64,000 nucleotides of DNA from Candidatus Bathyarchaeia archaeon. Lineage in GTDB: Archaea > Thermoproteota > Bathyarchaeia > Bathyarchaeales > Bathycorpusculaceae. This document shows, one piece after another, positions 58,928 to 64,000 of the stretch (its first letter is position 1; every line of letters begins with the position of its first letter). The translations under genes and the position numbers were made by a program. The notes beneath the pieces were generated by a model. The model saw only the letters and a list, made by a program, of their open reading frames with translations. It did not search any database and had not been told where the DNA came from. Where the stretch lies: positions 256,001 through 320,000 of the forward strand of contig JAVZNC010000001.1 of assembly GCA_038882955.1 (NCBI GenBank), read 5' to 3'.

Positions 58928-59203
58928 TTATCTACTTATTCTACGCACCATAACCGTTTGAACTTGGCTTATTTCGCTTATTCCCTCAAATCTTTTTTCA
59001 AGCTCATCGAGCACGCCAGTCTTGTCCTCTGGAAACTTTATATGCGCTATTAAGGCGTTTAATCCGAAGGCAACTGGCTCTTCGCCATAGCCATAAACGG
59101 ATGCGAATTCTGGAAGACACCCTTCAATCTTCTTTTTTAAATCTTCAAAGTTCACGGTTATGTCTGTTGGAAAAATCTTGTACGAGACTATTACGCTTCC
59201 CAC
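58928..59203 (-). CDS. ef1b: Translation elongation factor 1-beta
   Basis: EEPVAFGLNAL; GTG start preceded by GGAGG. Confidence 0.92.
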   Translation of the reverse strand: MGSVIVSYKIFPTDITVNFEDLKKKIEGCLPEFASVYGYGEEPVAFGLNALIAHIKFPEDKTGVLDELEKRFEGISEISQVQTVMVRRISR

Positions 59204-59225
59204 GTTTATACCTCCATCAATTATT

Positions 59226-59417
59226 TTATGGTCCAGTAAAGCCACATTTTGGACACTTATATGGACGACCAAATTTTCTACATTTGCCACATCGTCTAAT
59301 CACTATTTCGCCGCAGTTTGGACAAAGAAACTTTGTGGCTTCAGCTCCAGGCGGAATGGTTTTTCCACAACTTATACACGTAACCAACGTTATTGTTGCT
59401 GCTTTCTCGGCCATCAC
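59226..59417 (-). CDS. Zn-ribbon protein (DUF1610/HVO_2753-like)
   Basis: [29 protein letters not shown]; conserved neighbour of EF-1beta. Confidence 0.9.
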   Translation of the reverse strand: MMAEKAATITLVTCISCGKTIPPGAEATKFLCPNCGEIVIRRCGKCRKFGRPYKCPKCGFTGP

Positions 59418-59549
59418 TATTCCTCAATGGTGGTTTCTCTAATTATCAAGCTCCCTTATAACTTATATGCTTCTGGCAGCGCTGAAAACGGCGTTTTCGC
59501 AAGTTTATTATCGCAGTTTTAATTCCTATATACGATGAGGTTAGGGTTT

Positions 59550-60590
59550 TTGGGCGTAAACCTCCGTGAAATCGTTCCGAAAACGGTTGTTAGGCTCGAG
59601 GATTTGAGTGGAAAATCCATAGCGATAGACGCTTACAACGCCCTATACCAATTTTTGGCAATTATTCGCCAGCCAGACGGCACACCATTGAAGGATAACA
59701 GCGGCAGAGTTACAAGCCATTTGAGCGGGTTGCTTTATAGAACAAGCAACTTGGTGGAGATGGGAATAAAACCCATATACGTTTTTGATGGAACACCGCC
59801 AGCGCTTAAGGAAATAGAGATAAAGAGACGCGTTAAAGCAAAGCAAGAAGCGCTAGTAAAGTATGAACAAGCCTTGAAGGAAGGCAAAATTGAAGAAGCG
59901 CGAATGTACGCGCAGGCAACATCAAGCTTAAAGGACTACATGGCTGAAGACAGCAAAAAGCTTTTGGATTTAATGGGCATTCCGTGGATTCAAGCGCCAA
60001 GCGAAGGCGAAGCCCAAGCAGCCCACATTGTCAAGCGTGGAGACGCAGACTACTGCGCAAGCCAAGACTATGACAGCTTGCTCTTCGGCGCACCTAGACT
60101 CGTGAGAAACGTTACAATTTCTGGAAGACGCAAACTTCCAGGCAAAAACGTGTTCATCGAAGTTGCGCCAGAAATCGTTGAACTTGAAAGCGTTTTAAAA
60201 GAGTGCGGAATAACGTATGAGCAGTTAGTTGATGTTGGAATTTTGATTGGAACGGACTTTAACCCAGAAGGCGTGAAGGGGCTTGGACCCAAAACTGCGC
60301 TTAAATTGGTTAAGGAGTACGGAAGTCTCGAAAACGCTTTGCCGTACATTAAAAATGCCGAGTTCCCGGTGGAGCCAAAGCGCATCAAGGAGATTTTCTT
60401 AAACCCCAAAATTACAGACAATTATGAGCTAGAGTGGAGAGAGCCAGACGTTGAAGGCGTTGTCCGCTTTATCTGTGGCGAGAGGGATTTCTCCGAGGAC
60501 CGCGTTAGAAAGGCGCTGGAGAAAATGCAGAAGGGAATTTCCAGACTCAGAGGGAAAACGACGTTGGAAAAGTGGTTTGGGCAACCTTAA
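59550..60590 (+). CDS. fen: Flap endonuclease 1
   Basis: DAYNALYQF, TSHLSG, APSEGEAQ, SQDYD, GTDFN, C-terminal PIP-like TTLEKWF. Confidence 0.96.
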   Translation: MGVNLREIVPKTVVRLEDLSGKSIAIDAYNALYQFLAIIRQPDGTPLKDNSGRVTSHLSGLLYRTSNLVEMGIKPIYVFDGTPPALKEIEIKRRVKAKQEALVKYEQALKEGKIEEARMYAQATSSLKDYMAEDSKKLLDLMGIPWIQAPSEGEAQAAHIVKRGDADYCASQDYDSLLFGAPRLVRNVTISGRRKLPGKNVFIEVAPEIVELESVLKECGITYEQLVDVGILIGTDFNPEGVKGLGPKTALKLVKEYGSLENALPYIKNAEFPVEPKRIKEIFLNPKITDNYELEWREPDVEGVVRFICGERDFSEDRVRKALEKMQKGISRLRGKTTLEKWFGQP

Positions 60591-60651
60591 CCCTTATTAG
60601 ACTATTCTGGGCAAAACTGTAAATTCAAACTTTTAACCGAAGGAGACGCAA

Positions 60652-62040
60652 ATGAACAGAGAAAAGCCGAATTTACCAGAGCCTTTCAGGATAAAAATGG
60701 TTGAACGAATAAAGCTGCATCCACGAGAAATTAGAGAGAAACTCATCAGAGAAGCCGGCTATAACGTTTTCATGCTCAAAGCTGACGACGTCTTCATAGA
60801 CCTTTTAACAGACAGCGGAACCTCAGCTATGAGTGATGAACAGTGGGCTGGAATGATAAAGACTAGGCAAGCATACGCTGGAAGCGAAAGCTACTATTCT
60901 CTGGAAAGGGCAGTGAAGGACATTTTTGGCTTCAAATACCTCATTCCAGTGCATCAAGGGAGGGCAGCTGAAAACATACTCTTTTCCACGATGGTCTCTC
61001 CGGGCTGCTATGTTCCAAACAACATGCACTTTGACACGACAGAAGCCAACGTGCTTCTCAGAGGCGGCGTTCCAGTAAACCTGGTGGTTGAAGAAGCTTA
61101 TGATACACAGAAAATTTCGCCTTTCAAAGGCAACATGGACGTTGAAAAGCTTGAGAGGTTCATAAAAGAGAAGACTCCTGAAAAGATTCCGTTAATAATG
61201 ATTACCATAACAAATAATAGTGCTGGCGGTCAGCCGGTTTCCATGCAGAACATAAGGGCGGTCAGCGAAACTGCAAGAAAATATGGAATCCCGTTCTTTA
61301 TAGATGCTTGCCGATTTGCCGAAAACTGTTTCTTAATCAAAATGCGAGAGGAAGGATATCAAAACAAGAGTGTAAAAGAGATCGCGCGAGAACTCTTTTC
61401 CTACGCCGACGGTTGCACATTCAGCGGCAAGAAGGAGGCGCTTACAAACATAGGCGGAATGTTGTGCACAAACATAGAAGAGCTTTATGAGAAGTTCAAA
61501 ACCTTGGCAATAACAATCGAAGGCTTCATAACATACGGCGGATTGGCATGCCGAGAACTTGAGGCAATGGCTGTAGGCTTGTATGAAGCGATAGACGAAG
61601 AATACCAAGCGTACAGGCATCATCAAATAGAATTTTTCGCAAAGCTTCTACGAGACGGAGGCGTGCCCATAGTTGAGCCTCCCGGTGGACATGCTGTTTA
61701 CGTGGACGCGAAAAAGTTTCTGCCGCACATACCGCCAGAACAGTTTCCAGGGCAGGCGTTGGTTGTTCAGCTTTACATTGAGGCGGGGGTCAGAGCTGTG
61801 GAGTTGGGAAGCTCATGCTTCGGAAAGGTCGACGAGAAAACTGGAAAATTTATTCCAGCCAGAATGGAGCTTGTGCGACTTTCAATTCCTAGAAGAGTTT
61901 ACACGGACAATCATTTGAGGTATGTGGCTGAAAGTTTGATAAGACTGTATGAGAAGAGGGAACATATAAAAGGCTTGAAACGTGTTTACGCGCCTAAACT
62001 GTTGGGACACTTCACAGCGAGGTTTGAACCAGTAAGCTAA
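60652..62040 (+). CDS. tnaA: Tryptophanase-like PLP beta-eliminating lyase
   Basis: DLLTDSGT, HQGRAAE, FDTT, SGKK, GFITYGGL, PRRVYT, HFTARF. Confidence 0.8.
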   Translation: MNREKPNLPEPFRIKMVERIKLHPREIREKLIREAGYNVFMLKADDVFIDLLTDSGTSAMSDEQWAGMIKTRQAYAGSESYYSLERAVKDIFGFKYLIPVHQGRAAENILFSTMVSPGCYVPNNMHFDTTEANVLLRGGVPVNLVVEEAYDTQKISPFKGNMDVEKLERFIKEKTPEKIPLIMITITNNSAGGQPVSMQNIRAVSETARKYGIPFFIDACRFAENCFLIKMREEGYQNKSVKEIARELFSYADGCTFSGKKEALTNIGGMLCTNIEELYEKFKTLAITIEGFITYGGLACRELEAMAVGLYEAIDEEYQAYRHHQIEFFAKLLRDGGVPIVEPPGGHAVYVDAKKFLPHIPPEQFPGQALVVQLYIEAGVRAVELGSSCFGKVDEKTGKFIPARMELVRLSIPRRVYTDNHLRYVAESLIRLYEKREHIKGLKRVYAPKLLGHFTARFEPVS

Positions 62041-62043
62041 AAA

Positions 62044-62753
62044 TTACATCCGGTGTCCATAGCGTCCAGTGAGTGGAACGAAGGCTACTCCGCCGAGGTT
62101 TTCCTCCTTCAGTTTTCCATCTGCAATTTTTGTGACTTTTATTAGGTTTTGGAATAGGTGGATGCTTCCAACGGGGATTAGCATTATTCCGTTTGGCTTT
62201 AGCTGCTCAATTAGTGGTTGTGGAATTGAAGGAGCAGCCGCGGTTACTAGGATTCTGTCATAGGGTGCCTTTTCTGGGTACCCTAACGAGCCATCTGCAC
62301 AGATTATTGTTACGCGGTCGCCGTATCCAGCGTTCATGATGTTTTTTCTTGCAAATTCAGCTAGTCCTTGAATGATTTCAACGGTGTAGACGTGGCCCCA
62401 CTCGCTTCGTGGCGCGTTGCTTGGCGCAACTGTTTCGGCTATTGTTGCTGCGTGCCACCCGCTTCCAGCGCCTATTTCAAGCACTTTTTGTCCTACTTCC
62501 AATTGTAGGGCTTCATTCATTATTGAAACCATGTTTCGCCTAGCTCAGCCTTTGCGCTGAGGCTATGTGGCGCGGATATTGTCTGCCCAAAACCAATTGG
62601 AAGAGGCGTGTCCACGGCGCTGTAGGACTGCATGTTTTCTGGGAGAAACTTTGCCCTTGGAAGCATTTGCATTGCCCTTATCACGTTTGGCGAGCGGAGG
62701 ATTCCCTCCCTTTTTAGACTTTCGATAAGCCTTTTCCAGTCTTCATCAACCAA
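62044..62753 (-). CDS. pcm: Protein-L-isoaspartate O-methyltransferase in two exons (62567-62753 and 62044-62534), 225 aa after splicing
   Basis: Exon 1 ends GQTISAP(H); exon 2 reads MVSIMNEAL..VLEIGAGSGW..APYDRILVTAA..FVPL; removing 32 nt restores the frame. Confidence 0.9.
62535..62566 (-). other. Candidate BHB-type mRNA intron (32 nt)
   Basis: CGCC/GGCG 4-bp helix with 3-nt bulges ACA and AAA; internal hairpin TAGC-C-TCAGC-GCAAAG-GCTGA-GCTA. Confidence 0.85.
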
Positions 62754-62826
62754 ATTTTGGCACCAAATCTAATAGGCGCAGAGCACGCTTTTAACATATT
62801 TGCCTAAAGTAAATTCGAAGTGAAAC

Positions 62827-63999
62827 TTACTTGACCGTGACGGACTTCGCAAGATTCCGCGGAGTGTCTGGATTATGCCCACGTTCAATAGCCATGTAGT
62901 AGGCTAATAGCTGAAGCGGGATTACAAAGGGTATCGGTGAAAGCACGTCTGGAATACCCCTTGGAACTTCAACCCAATCATCAGCCAAACCCTTTATCTC
63001 CTCGTCGCCCTCCTCAATAACCGCTATTATTGATGCGCCTCTAGCTTTCATCTCCATAATGTTTCCAATGAGCGTCTTACGCGTATCGTCCTTTGGGCAT
63101 ATGAAAACAACTGGGAAGTCTGGCTCTACGAGGCTTATTGGTCCATGTTTGCTTTCTCCAGCTGGAAAGGCTATTGAAGGCACATAGGCGATTTCCATGA
63201 GCTTAAGTCTGCCTTCGTAGGCTGTTGCGGTGCTTATTCCCCGTCCAAGGAAGAAGAAGATTTTGGCGTCCTTGTATTTTTTGGCAATTTGCTTTACCTT
63301 TTCCTCTTGTGTGCGGATTATGGTTTCGACGATTTCTGGCAGTTTTTCCAGCCGTTCAGCAATAAAGTCCATCTCATCCTGTGATATTTTGCCCCTCTTT
63401 TTGGCTAGTCTTAGGGCGAGTTGGGCTAGCACGGAAAGTTGCGCCGTGAAAGTTTTTGTTGCCGCCACGCCTATTTCTGGACCAGACTGTTGACCAATAT
63501 AGACTCGTGAAACACGCGTGAGCGTTGAACCGATAACGTTTGTCAGTCCGAGGATTGTTGCTGCCCGCTGTCTTGCGCAGTTTACAGCCGCCAACGTGTC
63601 CGCGGTCTCGCCAGATTGGCTCACAGCCAAGATTGTGCTGTCAATGTTCACTGACTTTCCATGCTGTTCAACAAATTCTGAGGCGATAACGGGATATGTT
63701 CCCAAAAAGGCAAGTTTGGAAAACATATAAGAAGCCGCTAAACATGCGTGGTAGCTTGTTCCACAAGCTACGAGGAATACTTCGCGTGCTCGGTCAAGGA
63801 ATGTTGCCATGAGGTCTAGGTAGTGTTCTTGAAGCCGCAATGTGTTTCTTAAAACTGCTGGTTGCTCGTGAATCTCCTTAAGCATGAAATGTGGATATCC
63901 TTGTTTTACAGCCATTTCAGGCGTCCAATCGACAACTTTTGGTTCACGCAAGACTGGGCTTGAGTCGACAATCTTCCTAATTTCATAGCCTTCTGTCGA
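62827..63999 (-). CDS. glmS: Glutamine-fructose-6-phosphate transaminase, C-terminal SIS domains (5' truncated)
   Basis: HFMLKEIHEQP, CGTSYHA, SQSGETADT, AATKTF, KHGPI, PRNLAKSVTV. Confidence 0.96.
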   Translation of the reverse strand, partial: STEGYEIRKIVDSSPVLREPKVVDWTPEMAVKQGYPHFMLKEIHEQPAVLRNTLRLQEHYLDLMATFLDRAREVFLVACGTSYHACLAASYMFSKLAFLGTYPVIASEFVEQHGKSVNIDSTILAVSQSGETADTLAAVNCARQRAATILGLTNVIGSTLTRVSRVYIGQQSGPEIGVAATKTFTAQLSVLAQLALRLAKKRGKISQDEMDFIAERLEKLPEIVETIIRTQEEKVKQIAKKYKDAKIFFFLGRGISTATAYEGRLKLMEIAYVPSIAFPAGESKHGPISLVEPDFPVVFICPKDDTRKTLIGNIMEMKARGASIIAVIEEGDEEIKGLADDWVEVPRGIPDVLSPIPFVIPLQLLAYYMAIERGHNPDTPRNLAKSVTVK

Positions 64000-64000
64000 C

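Noticed and set aside
62044-62753. pcm as a frameshifted pseudogene or two separate genes
   Set aside because: The insert forms a BHB whose predicted cut sites restore the conserved motif exactly
1-64000. Numerous short antisense or overlapping ORFs in the six-frame track
   Set aside because: They lie opposite or within well-supported genes and show no recognisable motifs

Overview
Archaeal chromosomal window whose gene content and style best fit Bathyarchaeia (TACK); this assignment is inference. It is mostly housekeeping genes: a purine cluster (purD, purQLSM) with an embedded Ftr-like formyltransferase, korABG, tldD/pmbA, an EF-2 paralogue, hisS/leuS/alaS, tiaS, truD, cdc48, EF-1beta, fen, mat, mgtA, a tryptophanase-like lyase and partial glmS. 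There are two tRNAs (Gly-CCC; Arg-TCT with a D-loop intron). Most notable observations: (1) pcm is interrupted by a 32-nt insert that folds into a bulge-helix-bulge (BHB) motif, and its predicted excision exactly restores the conserved ISAPHMV motif, i.e. a candidate mRNA intron spliced by the tRNA endonuclease; a non-catalytic (beta-type) EndA subunit lies in the same window. (2) A fluoride (crcB) riboswitch heads a four-gene operon of uncharacterised proteins that contains no fluoride exporter. (3) An Ftr paralogue is coupled to purD. (4) mgtA has a candidate leader uORF and a wHTH-like C-terminal extension. (5) The two cdc48 Walker A regions share a perfect 44-nt repeat. All calls were made by eye; no searches were run.
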